Source: the human T2T-CHM13v2.0 reference genome, Homo sapiens | NCBI RefSeq assembly: GCF_009914755.1 | Contig: NC_060933.1 | Length of the DNA: 64,000 nucleotides | Strand: one strand, 5' to 3' | Part shown: piece after piece, positions 42,301 to 54,905 of the stretch | Numbering within the stretch: position 1 is the first letter of the stretch | Layout of the letters: every line of letters begins with the position of its first letter | Notes under the pieces: generated by a model | What the model was told of the DNA's origin: nothing | The model's input: only the letters and a program-made list of their open reading frames with translations | The model's database searches: none | Made by a program: the position numbers and the translations under genes

Positions 42301-45300
42301 ATCCCAGCCCCACACCCCAGAGCGCAGCCCTCTGGGCCTGTCCTGTTTGACACTGTGGGTGAACTGGATGAAATCATGAGGCATGTCTACCACATCTGCA
42401 GGAACAGCTAATACACTGGCTGACAAAATAACAACAGTCTAGGAGACCAAAGGGATGGGCCTACGCTGGCAAGGTGAGCTTGAACTGGGACAGATGTCAG
42501 GTCTTGCTGTTAGAAGGTAGGGTGGCATAACTGTCACATATGCAAATGGACAGGGATTCAGTTGGCAAGTTTCAACCTGAAACCAGAGGTCTGGGTTCGA
42601 ATCGCGGCTCTGCCCAGTGGACAGTGGTGCCATCATGGGCAGTTTCCTCCTCTGTAAAACAGGGATAACATCATGATTGAAGTGAGGACCACAATGGCCA
42701 TCCATCATGGGGGCCAGTGCCTGGCCACTGCTGAGCATCCATCAGTGGAGCCGCCATCCCTGCCATTATCATCCCCTGCACTAACAGACGTGATTGCCCC
42801 ATACTTCTTGCTGGGCAGTTTCCATTGTAAGTCTGGATACTTTCACGAACCAGACTTTGAAAAGAACCTGGGCAGATAGGATGGGTGGAGCCGAGCCATC
42901 CAGAGGACAGGCTGCAACAGTACAGACCAAAATGCAGCTGGGCCTTCGTACAGCCTGAGACAGGCACACCAGAAACAAGCCCCTCTGAGCAGGGGTCCTG
43001 GCACAACCTCATACAGGCTGTAGAACTGATTCTGGAAGTTCGGCCAAGGTACTTATTTCTCTAAGTCCCACGTTATTCACTTACAACGATTAATGAGCTA
43101 ACACTCTATTCAGCACACAGCCTGTTAGGAAAGTACTCAGTAAATACTGACTAGTGTTATTATTAACAGCACGAAAAAGAGAAAAGGGGAGGAGACAGGA
43201 GTCATCCTCAGATATGTGGCATATTGTCATGTGAACTAAGGCCTGGTCTGATCAATAACATCACTTCTATGTTTGCAAATCATGTACACACAGCGTTTGA
43301 ATCTCACAGAGGCCAAACAATGGAAATAAGACCAAAGGGTGGAAAATGAAAGTAGTGAATTCTGGCTCATTCTCAGAAGCTCTAATGGCAAGCCAGGTCC
43401 ATGAATGGACAGCCCTGGGGGCTGCAAGGCACTGGGACGCCAGGGGTGCTGAAGCACAGGCCACAGCAACCATGGGAAGTGCAGTGGGACCCACAGGACC
43501 AGGTTGGGCCAGGCTGGGCAGACTCAGGGAAGACTCTATGTAGTTTCCATCTTTTATTTACAGATCAAAGAGAGGAAGTGAGACAGGGCAGACAGCTGTT
43601 TATCAAACACCCACTCTGAGATCAGCACTGAGCTAAGGCTGCACATTCCTTACCCTTCCCCACACCCTACACAACAACCCTACAGCACCTCCATTTTACA
43701 GCTAAGCTGCTGAGTTGGAATCAAACTCAGGAATGTTGGCTTCAAAACCCACGCTCCTAGCACTGTACCGTTCTGCTTCCAGACCTAGAGGAAACTGGAA
43801 AAAAAGTTAGATCCAAATCTTGCTTATAATCATCTCTTCTCAAAGTTGTTCCAATGATTTCCCCAAAGAATAGAAAACATCTACGACCCACTCTTGGAAG
43901 TTTGGCCAAGGTACTCATCTCTCTAAGTCCCAGTTTATTCACTTACAAAAGCTAATGTACTAAAAGCATTCACATGCTGCCCATTACGAAGATACTCTGA
44001 CAGTTTCAAACCAAATTCTTCCACACACACTACCAAAACATCTCCTACTTTAAGGCCATTTCTTTGGTTACACGAGTAGTTATCTCCTTGTGTTCATATA
44101 CTTGCTATTTCACCCAATACAGATTCTAGAAACCAGCAGCTTCCAGACGGGGCAGGCGAGAAAGCGGACACGGCCCTTGGCTGAGAGTTTGGGCTTCAGG
44201 ATCTCTAAGACTCAGAATCACATGACCGGGCTCCGAGTTCTACACTGGCCACTGCGGATCCTGCCTTGGTCACAGGGACTGGATGAGGCCTCAGTGAGAT
44301 AATGTGCATGGAGGACTCAGCTCAGCAGAGAACACACGTAAGCCCTCAAAAGAGATGCTGCTGCCACCGCCACGAGCACTTAAAACTGACATGCACAAAG
44401 TGTCACATGCTGTCGCTCTGGGATGCTGGTTCTCAACTGTATCCCTCATTTTGACTATTAAGTAGTTAACAAATTACTCTGCATTTTGGACCGTAGCTAT
44501 AACATTGGGACCAACGTGGAGATATCTGAAAAAGACTTGAAGTCATTTCGTACAGGTTATAACAAGATGGAAAGGCTCTGACATCATGAAGAAGAGTGTG
44601 GAGGGGTCCGGGATACACACCTTCCTGTTGCAGAAAGCAACTTAATGAAAGTAGAGTTAGATTAGAAGAGGAGAGGAGGTAGTCGGCTGTAATACAGGAG
44701 GGGTTTGGGATGACTAAAACTATCCTGCGTGCAGAAGGGGAGACCTGGGGGACTGTCATGTTCTTTCTTGATCTCTCAAATGATATGAACTAGAAGAGCT
44801 CTGAGCAAGGACGAGCTAATGAAGAGCTGGTACTCTCCTGTTGCACACGGCCGCATCTGGACCTAGCGGTTTGTGCTAGGCCAGCCACATCTACTAATTC
44901 CAGTGCTTGGGCAGCTCCAGCAGTGAATGTGCCCGTCTCCAGCATCGTCCCGGGAGAGGCTGGCTGGGTTCCTGTTCTTTGTTGTCACCCCTGACTGCAT
45001 GACTGAAAGCACGCCCTGTGGTTCCCGCTGTCTGCAGGTGACCCAGGTGTGGAGGAAGCTCAGGGTCACTGTGAAATCCTCTAATCGCCTCATTAGCAGG
45101 GTGGGGAGGAGGGTGCGTTTGTTCCACGAGGAAGCAGAAAGCTGGTAATTGCATGGTGTCACATAGAAAAAAACCATGGTGGAAGCAAAAGGCCAAATGT
45201 AAAAAGCTGTGTGTGCACAGCTGTAATTAAACCAGAGCCCGAAAAGCAAGGCCCACAGCACCTGACCGTAGAAGGAAGGTAAAGCAGTGGAAACTGGTTT

Positions 45301-46493
45301 TGCATGGGGTGTGCTGAGAGGGGAAGGGCAGAACCCCCACTGGAGCATGTGCCCACACTGTGCAACCCATTTGGAGTTGCCTGTGAACATGAGGTGCATG
45401 AACTCTATAACAGATGGATTCATTTGACAAATGGTCCCTGAGACTACAGGCCAGTGTTCCCCACTCAGAAGAAACGCAGTCACCTTCCACAGTAGTGCTC
45501 CAATCTCTTGCTCCAGGCTGGACAAGAGTTTATTCTTAAGAGAAATGCCCTAAAGACACGATCCAGCATGGACCCCAGAGGTGCCAGCCTGCCTCCCCTG
45601 ACAGAGGCCATGAGAGCATGTTCTTGGCTATCATCTGTGCAGCTGGCCCAGGTTCTACATAAAAAACTACTGATTAATCCTAACTTATCTTTAAACTACG
45701 GATATATTCAGCAGCACCTTGCTGCCCTGCCATGTGAAGAAGAGCATCTCATCATCTGCTCTGAGGACCACATTCTTTCAAGTTCCCAGGGACTGTCCCT
45801 GGGTCAAGTTCACGGTCACTTCTATCTCACTCTTCATAATTTTAGATTTTACTGAAACACGGTCTCCTGGGTTGGAGCCTGGGCAGAGCATTTTCATACG
45901 ATTCCCCAGCAGACTTCCAGAGCACATTCTGTTTCCCCATATACTGCCACATCTGTCCTCGTGGCTACTTCTGGTGGTCCTAACTGTTTTGCTCTGGTCT
46001 TCCAGCAAGGCCTAGCAACCTCTCCCTGCCTGGGTGCCTGCTCTGGCCTTGTCTAGGTGGGGTGGAGGCCCCACTCCTGAGCCTGCTCATTTCTGTGTTC
46101 TGTGGGCTGATCCCAGGCCTCCTTCACCAGGGAACAGAACCAGCGGCTGGACCACGAGGGGCATGGGGAATGCTGTCCTTCCTGAGGATGCCTTTATGTG
46201 GGGAAGGAGATCCCAACCCCAGGCCTGTTCTCTTAGGACAGAATGACTGACAAGCAGCCCCTAGAGTTCTGAAAGACGACTTTCCCACCAGGCAGGGTTT
46301 GCTGTTTTCCAAATTCACTACACAATAAAAAGGGATTTACCTCCTTTTCAAGTCAGAACAATTCCTTCTTCCTTTCTTTTCCTTTGTGCACTTCCTCTCA
46401 GAATTATAGGACATTTTGGTTTCTACTCATCTATTACAAAAAATTTACCGAGCACCTACTGCGTGCCAGGTTCTGTGACAGGTGCTGGGCATT

Positions 46494-46727
46494 CGGGTTG
46501 AGCATCTCAAATCTGAAAACTAATATGCTCCAAAACCCAAAGCTTTCTGAGCACCAGCATGATGCATGATATGTGGCACTAAAAGGAAATGCTCACTGCA
46601 GCACTGCAGAGTTCAGGGTTTGGGTGCTCAAAAAACCTGTACAACGCAAACACCACAAAACCTGAAAACACTGAAACCTGACACACTTGTGGTCCCCAAG
46701 CATTCTGGATGAGAAATACGCAACCTG
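46494..46727. mobile_element. Tigger4/MER46-like TcMar DNA transposon
   Basis: TIR-like ends cgggttgagcatc ... tacgcaacctg with the characteristic interior. Confidence 0.7.
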
Positions 46728-48884
46728 CACGATGAGCAAACACCAGGCAGGGGCTGTTCTCTAAGCTATACTTTCGAGGAGGGGCAGACGCTGACCACAC
46801 ATACAAATACCACAAGCAGATGCAAAGCTGCCACCACAACAGACCAGGGCCAGGGCAGAGACGTGAGGGTGTCTGCCTGGCTGGAGAGGGCACAGCATGG
46901 AGGGGAGAGGTCCAGGCCCAGGACATGTTCAGGCAAAGGCCCTGAGGAAAGGATAAGAAACAGGGGTGTGGGATGAGGCTGAACAATCAGCAAAGGCTGG
47001 GGGCCTTTGTGAGGAGGGGGGTTTGTTGTGGCTTGCTCTAATCACAGCCTAACGGGATGCCACTGAAAGGCGCTAAGCCAGGGCAAGATGCGGTGAGGGC
47101 TGTGGAGGTGCTAGCTGACTGCGGTGCCGTGGCCACAGGAAGACTCGGTGGGAGACTGTTTCAGAGGTTCGAATGGAGCGCCGGGGCTGAGGGCTGCTAT
47201 TCATAAAGACAGCGTTTGGGAAGCGGAGGGAAGAGACAGATTTAAGGAGGCCGGAGGGATCAACAGTGTTGGACGCGGCTGAGATGGAGTAGATAAGCAC
47301 TGACTCAGGTGCAGTGGATTTACACGGAGAAATCCTCATGTCTCCAAGTGTGGTTTCGTCCAGCCTCTCATCTCATGTTTGGCCAATCTGTCTTTTTACA
47401 GAATGCTAACTGGCTCAATGAAATCGAGAAAGTTTTCACAGTGGGCAAGATTCCAGGTTTGCCTTCAGCTAATTAAGTGATATTAGGGAGGTTGTAAATG
47501 CCACATAAAAATTGGCAGGCAAGCTGCTCTAATGATGAGAATATTGCTTTACAGGGAGATGCAGCTGCAGCTTCTTAATGCTCGTCTTTGAGGGACTCGG
47601 TTCCATGTTTCCAAGGTTGTTCCTGATAAGAAAAGTTCAAGGGTGCTAAAAGGTTGAAGTTCACTTTTCGTACTCTCGGTTCCGCGGGTACTCGCGACAA
47701 TGATGGAGGCTGGGGGAAGAAGCAATGCGACAATATGGTCGTTGTGATGATCACCAGATGCTCCCGCTTATTCCCGTGCCGGACACCACGATGTTTCCAC
47801 TCATGATCTGGCTTAACCCCCACAATCAAAGGGCGACTTGAGTACCTCCCTTTGAGGCCAGAGGACCCAGGCACAGAGACGCTGAGTGACTTGTCCAGAG
47901 GCACACAGACTGTAAGTGGCCCGGCCAGGATTCAATCCTGGTGTCTGTGTGATTCAATCCCAGATGTAATCACTGTGATTCTCCCAGAGTCGGCATGTAA
48001 GAAACCAGAGAGGGGCAAGGGAGAGGGCTAACGGGGGTACAGACTCCTCAAGCTAGAGCTCTATTCTGCACAGTTAGCTCTTCCCAGGTATTAAACAATT
48101 GCTGAATGAGCAAGGGTGAGAACCAGAGAACAACACAGCACAGGCCTTCAAAGAAGAAAACCACCCCAGAGCTTTGCAAAATTTCCAATTGGAAGCATTT
48201 CTGATAATTCAGACAGGAAAAATCTATGAACCTGTCCTATCTATGAAGAAGGGGCGACTGGTGTGTATGATTTCCACGAGGATGTTTATTTTAGAAAGTA
48301 AATGACTTCTAGAACTTCAGAAGTGTGGGAGGTTAAGGAAATCCTCTGCAAGGCCTGGCACACAAGCCACAGGGTGCGCTGGTTCTGGTCCCACTTCCCC
48401 TCTTCCTACTGATCAGTGCCTGCTGAGCACTGACTTAGCATGCCCAGATCTACTAGGTACTAAGGGGTAAGAGAGCCCCAGCTTAGACTCCATGCCTTAT
48501 TTGATAAAATCAGGAGCTACCAGCTAACATTTGGGCTAGGCTGACTTGAGAAAATTTATACAAATAAAACTTTTCTTTCCAACAATTCAGATTGCTGTTT
48601 AGTAATTTTAAAGAGGAAGCTAGGAGCAACAGGGGGACAAAATTATTGCATTACTGATAATGAAGATGTCCCAGATGTTTCTAAGCTCTAAGAACAACAC
48701 TAGAAAGGCAGGTGGCAGAAGTCAGGGGTAAAACCAGTCTTAGGTACTATAAACTGAATCGTCTGGGCAAAAACTACTGTGTGAGCACAGCATATAATTC
48801 ACATAAAATAGGGTGGTTTAGAAACAGCAGACTTGCTCTTTCGTACTGTCACAGTACCAAGATCTTTAAACATTTTTAAATTTT

Positions 48885-49030
48885 ATTTTTATTTTTTAGA
48901 GATGGTGTCTCACTCTGTCACCCACGCTGGAGAACAGTGGTACAGTGATCATAGTTTGCTGCAGCCTTGACCTCCTGGGCTTGGCCTCCCAAAGCACTGG
49001 GATTATAGGTGTGAGCCACTGTGCCCAGCC
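48885..49030 (-). mobile_element. Internally deleted Alu fragment
   Basis: Right-arm start fused to left-arm end. Confidence 0.8.
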
Positions 49031-50626
49031 TAACACTAAGAACTTAAGGCACATCGTTTCTATATTATTGAGCCATTTTCCACAGAGTGGCAGCGAAATG
49101 AGAGAGAATCGTGGCCCTATTGAGCGTGCCTGCTCACTGTTCTGACACGTTCTACTTGTGTGACGACCTAGACAGATAGACACCTGGCAAACAACACAAT
49201 TCTGCCTCTCCCAGCAGACAGTGCTGGGTCTCAGCATCTCCTGGAAAGATGGGGACTTTGGAAGGATATGTTACCTTTGCTTCTCAGAAACTGCTGAATC
49301 TACTATAGCTTCAAAATAAGAACTGCATTTCACGGAAGGGAAAATGCTGTTTTCGTGATGGATGTTGCTAAGGGGCCATTCAATATTTTACCGACAGCAC
49401 CAACTATCTGTGTATATGTCTATGTCGGTGTTTGGGGTGGGGGCTGTTTTGACAGGTTTGCGTGTAGGTGTCAGAAGAGTTTTTGTGACTATGACTGTAT
49501 TTCTATGTGTAGGGGAAGATATTTACTGTTCCCTTTCAGAACTGAGCACTGGAAAAGTCGACAGAAACCTAGTTATTAAGATCTCATTTGGGGCCACGAA
49601 CTATTTATTTTTCTTTTCTGAAAAGTGGTCGAGTGAAGGACTAAAGGCAATGTAAGAGACAAAGGGTCCCTCTCCCATCGCATGGACCAGCCGAACAGCC
49701 TCCTCACTAACCTGCTCCCGATCCCCATTCTAATACCCGCCTGAGCTCCCGCTTGGCATATGACAGGTGAGACAGGCTTCTGTTAGTCTGATGGATTTGG
49801 TTTGCAGATATCACAGGTTTGCACATAATATATAATTATTCTAGGCAGTAAACACCGTAAAATGGAATGCAGAATAGTTTAGAGAATTTAGTGCCATTAT
49901 TTTATTCACCCATACAAAACATAAGGAACCCATTCTCTTTCTTGACAGACGGATTTCAGAGGAGACGTTTCAGCTCAGAACAGTAATTGTGACCACAGCA
50001 TAACTCAAGCACTTTGTGGGGTTTAATGGACTTTTCTTTCCAGTCCTCAAAAAGCAGCAACTGGCATTTGCTCAAACCCTGACTGAGGTGTGGAAAATCT
50101 GTCAAGTTTTCTCTGCCGCTTACCCTGACCACAATTATACGGTCCATGTGCAGATTAGCTGCAAAGTCATTCCTCCTCCAGGAGTGACAAGATTTCCCCA
50201 AATAAAAAAAGGTAACTACTGTATCCTCGAGTGCCCGTCTGCCTTCGAAAGGCAGGGGTGGGGGGAGGATCTAAGGAGTGTGAAGAGAAATGCCTTCAAA
50301 AGAAGGGCATAGCAACGGAAAAAGTAGCTGTAACAGAGTGGGGACATGGCAAGAACAGAGAGCGGCATTGTCACGGGCGGAGTAATCCTGTGACACACTG
50401 CTGTCACTCACCACCCGGCTCCCTGCCGCGCCAGCCAGACATCAAAGGCTGCCCCATACCATCTTACATGCTCTTTATCAGCTAATCAGCCCATTCTTCC
50501 CTAAATAAAGCCCTGTTAAATCCCCTGCTCACAGGGGTATCGTGGTCTTGGTGCCCATCTGCTAGCGAGGGTCAGCTGGGGCAGGAGGCGGCGGGCTGCT
50601 CTCTCCCTAGCGGCTTCTCAAGGTAA

Positions 50627-51121
<495 letters not shown>

Positions 51122-51837
51122 ACATGTGTGTTTCTTAACAGTAATCATTTGGCAGATCTCTTCCTCTGCTCTCAAAGTGTCACCATTGCCGAGATGGTAA
51201 CAAAATGATCAGGCTTCTGATGATGAGGCTACTCTTAGTCATCAGCTGGGAAGCCTCATGGTTTCATTCCGCACTCAAATCAAAGTTAACATGCATGAGT
51301 ACTGGGGAGAGCAGATCCTAAGACAGGATCTGGGAACCCAGTTCCCAGGCCCCGCAGCCTAGAATCCTGGCACAGCCAAGAGGGCCTGGGAGTAGAGCTG
51401 AGGCATCATGGCCCTCTGGGAGGACAGCCTGGCTCGAGCAGAGGATGAGCAGAAACATCTTTGGGCTGCAGCCCTGCTCTGCACTCCTGAACCTCAAAAT
51501 GGCCTAGAAGGAACCAGCAAAGGACACGTCCACACTCATCTAGGCACTGCAGTAGAGCAGCACATAGAAACAGTTTCTGTTTGTTTTTCCTCAAAGAATT
51601 ACTGGAGCATTGTCCTATGTGAGAGTTATTAGTATCAGAAAAGAATCAAGCATCTTAAAAATTCCAAAACTGGGAAGAGAATTAGGCAACACTGTATCCA
51701 TTCCAATGAGACTTGGAGGTGCCAAGTCCCCCAGAGAGGTCAAGTTGGATGTCCCCGAATCTGCTTTTTAGCTTGTAAGAACCTTCATCTGCAGGGCCCT
51801 ATATGGTTCAAAAAGCATATTCACAAGTCACCTCATC

Positions 51838-51948
51838 TTTTTTTTTTTCTGTAGAGACAGGGTCTCGCTATGTTGCCCAGGCTAGTCTCTAACTCCTGGC
51901 CTCAAGCAATCTGCCTGCCTGGGCCTCCCAAGGTGCTGGGATTACAGG
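51838..51948 (-). mobile_element. Alu monomer (FLAM/left arm)
   Basis: Antisense left-arm sequence. Confidence 0.8.
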
Positions 51949-52762
51949 AATCACCTGATTTTGATTCTCAAGACAATCTCGTGAAGTAACTAAAAATATG
52001 GATTTTCCTCCCCCTAGTGTAGTTGAGATCGAGGCTCGGAGACGTTAAGAAAAGGGAAGGCCCCAAACTCACATCAGAACGGAGCCGACTTCAATCCAAC
52101 TTCCCTGACTGCAAGACCAATGGTCACTTCCCTCCACTGGGTGGTCCCTCTGTCTTTGCCGTGACAGGCTAGAGAAACGGGGCCCTGACAAGACTGATGG
52201 AATAATTGACACTTCCCGGTGAACGGAGAAGCCAGACATCGTGTGGGAACAGGAAGCACAGAGTGGTCCTTCCCGGTGAACAGGCAAGCTGGACACTGGG
52301 CAGGAACAGGCAGCTCAGAGTGGTTCTGCCTGCAGATTCCCAGAGTCAGTGGGGGAGCCTGCGGCGTTTGTAAATTAACGTGGAAAAGGGAGGATAAACA
52401 ATGCAAACTAACCATCCACAACGTTCTGGGATTGAACCCAGAAATCAGGACAGGTGAGAAAAAAAGTCTCTGTGCCCCAAACATTTGTTCAACGGACCGT
52501 TCCCACATAAACAATGAGACCATCCGCCCCAAAGTTCTGACATGAGTGGCTCACAGGGCCTCACGCGCTCTGGCTCCTGTGAGGGCTGAGGCTGGTACTA
52601 AAAGAACGTCTTTGAGGAGAGGAAGAAGGCCTTTTACAAATGTAGCATGCTGAGGGAAATCATCTCAGCACTGGGAAAACAGACTCAGAGCCCAGCCTCG
52701 AACAGGGCAATACCCCTCCCTCTCCTTCCTCTCCCCAGGACCTCTGGACAAGTCCTGAACAT

Positions 52763-52802
52763 GCTCTTTTTGGGAGGAAAGGGCTCTTTTTGGGAGGAAA
52801 GG
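52763..52802 (+). repeat. Perfect 20-bp tandem duplication GCTCTTTTTGGGAGGAAAGG x2
   Basis: Direct reading. Confidence 0.9.
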
Positions 52803-53288
52803 GGAAGGGCTCACCGCTCTTGCCTTGATGAGCGCTCACCACTGGAGGTGCAACTCAGCAGCAAGGAGCCCAGCACTGACCCCAAAGCCAGCCTGTTAGA
52901 GATCTGGGCTTCAGCAGCTCCTGGAATCTGAGGCTGGGCACTCAGCCCTTCCATCTCACTGGAACAAGGTATGCTCCCAGGCCTCGTCACACAGAACACA
53001 CCAGAATGTGTCATACACATCTCGGATGCTTTCCAGGGCGGACCGCAGCACAACTGAAGCTCCGACTACGTTTGGGCCCTATGAACCCCACCACATTTGG
53101 GCCCAAAAGGAGGCACCCCTGAATTTCTGCAAGATGAGGTGGCTTTCTTCTCATTCCAAGTGCTTGTTTATTGGGAGAAGGGCAGGTATGAGTGAGAAGA
53201 GAGTTGCGGTGAGCATGGCAGCTAGCACATCACATCATGTGAACGGAGCTCTCTAGCCCCGTCACGGGACGAATTCAGCTCATCTTAC

Positions 53289-53457
53289 CTTTTCACGTGT
53301 GCTTTCCTCTTCTTTCTAGTCAAGGCACTAAGATTCCTGGGGGCATCTCTTAGTCCGAAGCTCTTCGCCACATGCCCAAGGTGGAGGGATCGGACGTGGA
53401 AGATGTGCTTCAGCTCCCTGGGGTAGGTGGCGTAGGCTTGGATGAAGGACTGCAGAG
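53289..53457 (-). CDS. DDX31: DDX31 penultimate exon ([57 protein letters not shown])
   Basis: Acceptor tctttcag, donor AAG|GTAAGA; 169 nt. [12 protein letters not shown] is the C-terminal extension motif of Dbp7/DDX31-type DEAD-box helicases. Confidence 0.95.
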
Positions 53458-54123
53458 CTGAAAGAAAAGAGAGCGGGGAGGGAAGCTGTCAGGACCGGGG
53501 TCTCCAAGCTCCAAAGTGCCCGGCCTAATGGTTATCTTCTGTACTTTATCTTGCCAGGCAACGAAACATGAGCAGGACAATTACAACATATACAAACAAC
53601 TAAAATCTAGACTTCTGTGTATTTCTTCAATTCCTAAACAACAAAAAGAAAAAAACTACAGGGGGCCACAATTATTACTTGAATATGCCTGATAAAATAT
53701 CAGATTTGACCACACAGCTCCTAACAATCCCACAGGGTGGGGCCCAGCACAGCACCTGGTACCAGCAGGCACTCGGTAGATGTCTGTTGTGTAAATGAGT
53801 GAAAAGAGAGAATAGGTGAAGAAACTAAGAAATGATCAACACAGGACATCGTTTTCTTATGAAAATGAGAAAATCATTAGACATTTATATTAACACATTT
53901 TTCCTAATTAAATTTTACTTACTTTTGAATAGTTAATGCATGCTAGTCTGTTACAAAATTTACAAAGTTCAAAAGGCTGTCTTATGACTGTCATGTTTAC
54001 TATGAATGAATGACATTACCACCAATGCCCCCTTCACCACAAGCCCCACCTCCAGCTCCCTTATCCATAGGCAATCCCTGATACCAGTTTTTTGTGTACT
54101 CACTGGACTTTTTAAATTTAAAA

Positions 54124-54384
54124 TTTTTTAAAGAGATGGGGTCTCACTATGTTGTCCAGACTAGAGTGCAGTGACGTGATCATACCTCACTGTAGCCTCA
54201 AGCTCCTGGGTTCAAGTAATCCTCGTGCCTCAGACTACAGGCTAATTTTTAAATTTTTATTTTTGTAGAGACAGGGTTTCACTATGTTGCCCAGGCTGGT
54301 CTTGAACTCCTGACCTCAGGTGGTCCTCCCGCCTCAGCCTCTCAAAGTGCTTGGGATTACAAGTGTGAGCAACCTCACCCAGCC
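54124..54384 (-). mobile_element. Alu (AluJ-type)
   Basis: Antisense diverged Alu. Confidence 0.88.
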
Positions 54385-54613
54385 TTCCTCATGGGATTTT
54401 AAAACCAAGTTCATTCTAAAAGTATCCAGGATTAACCAATACAGAGCTTCTTGCTCAAAGAATGTGTAAAAAAGGGAATGAAACAAATGTTTAAAGGAGA
54501 AAGAAAACTACTAAGTCTCTAAAATAGTCCCTTGAGGACTGACAACAATTTAGGGACATTCATCAAACACTACGTCAGGAAAGTTTCAGTGCCGTTTTAA
54601 AATTAAGAAGAGC

Positions 54614-54905
54614 GGCCGGGCGCGGTGGCTCAAGCCTGTAATCCCAGCACTTTGGGAGGCCAAGTCGGGGGGATCACATGAGGTCAGGAGTTTGAGACCA
54701 GACTGGCCAACATGGTGAAACCCTGTCTCTACTAAAAATGCAAAAATTAGCCGGATGTGGTGGCAGGTGCCTGTAATCCCAGCTACTCAGGAGGCTGAGG
54801 CAGGAGAATCACTTGAACCTGGAAGGCTGAGGATGGAGTTAGCAGAGATGGTGCCACCGCACTCCAGCCTGGGCAACAAGAGCAAAACTCTGTCTCAAGG
54901 AAAAC
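54614..54905 (+). mobile_element. Alu (AluS-type)
   Basis: Alu consensus. Confidence 0.95.

Noticed and set aside
42580-42615. GGTTCGAATC tRNA-like B box
   Set aside because: Part of a MIR head; no cloverleaf.
44863-45525. 220-aa minus-strand ORF in a DDX31 intron
   Set aside because: No recognisable homology, and it is not needed for the phase-consistent DDX31 exon chain.
51200-51250. TGATGA/CTGA motifs resembling a C/D box snoRNA
   Set aside because: The boxes are only about 35 nt apart; better explained as a short CTGATGA...TCATCAG inverted repeat.
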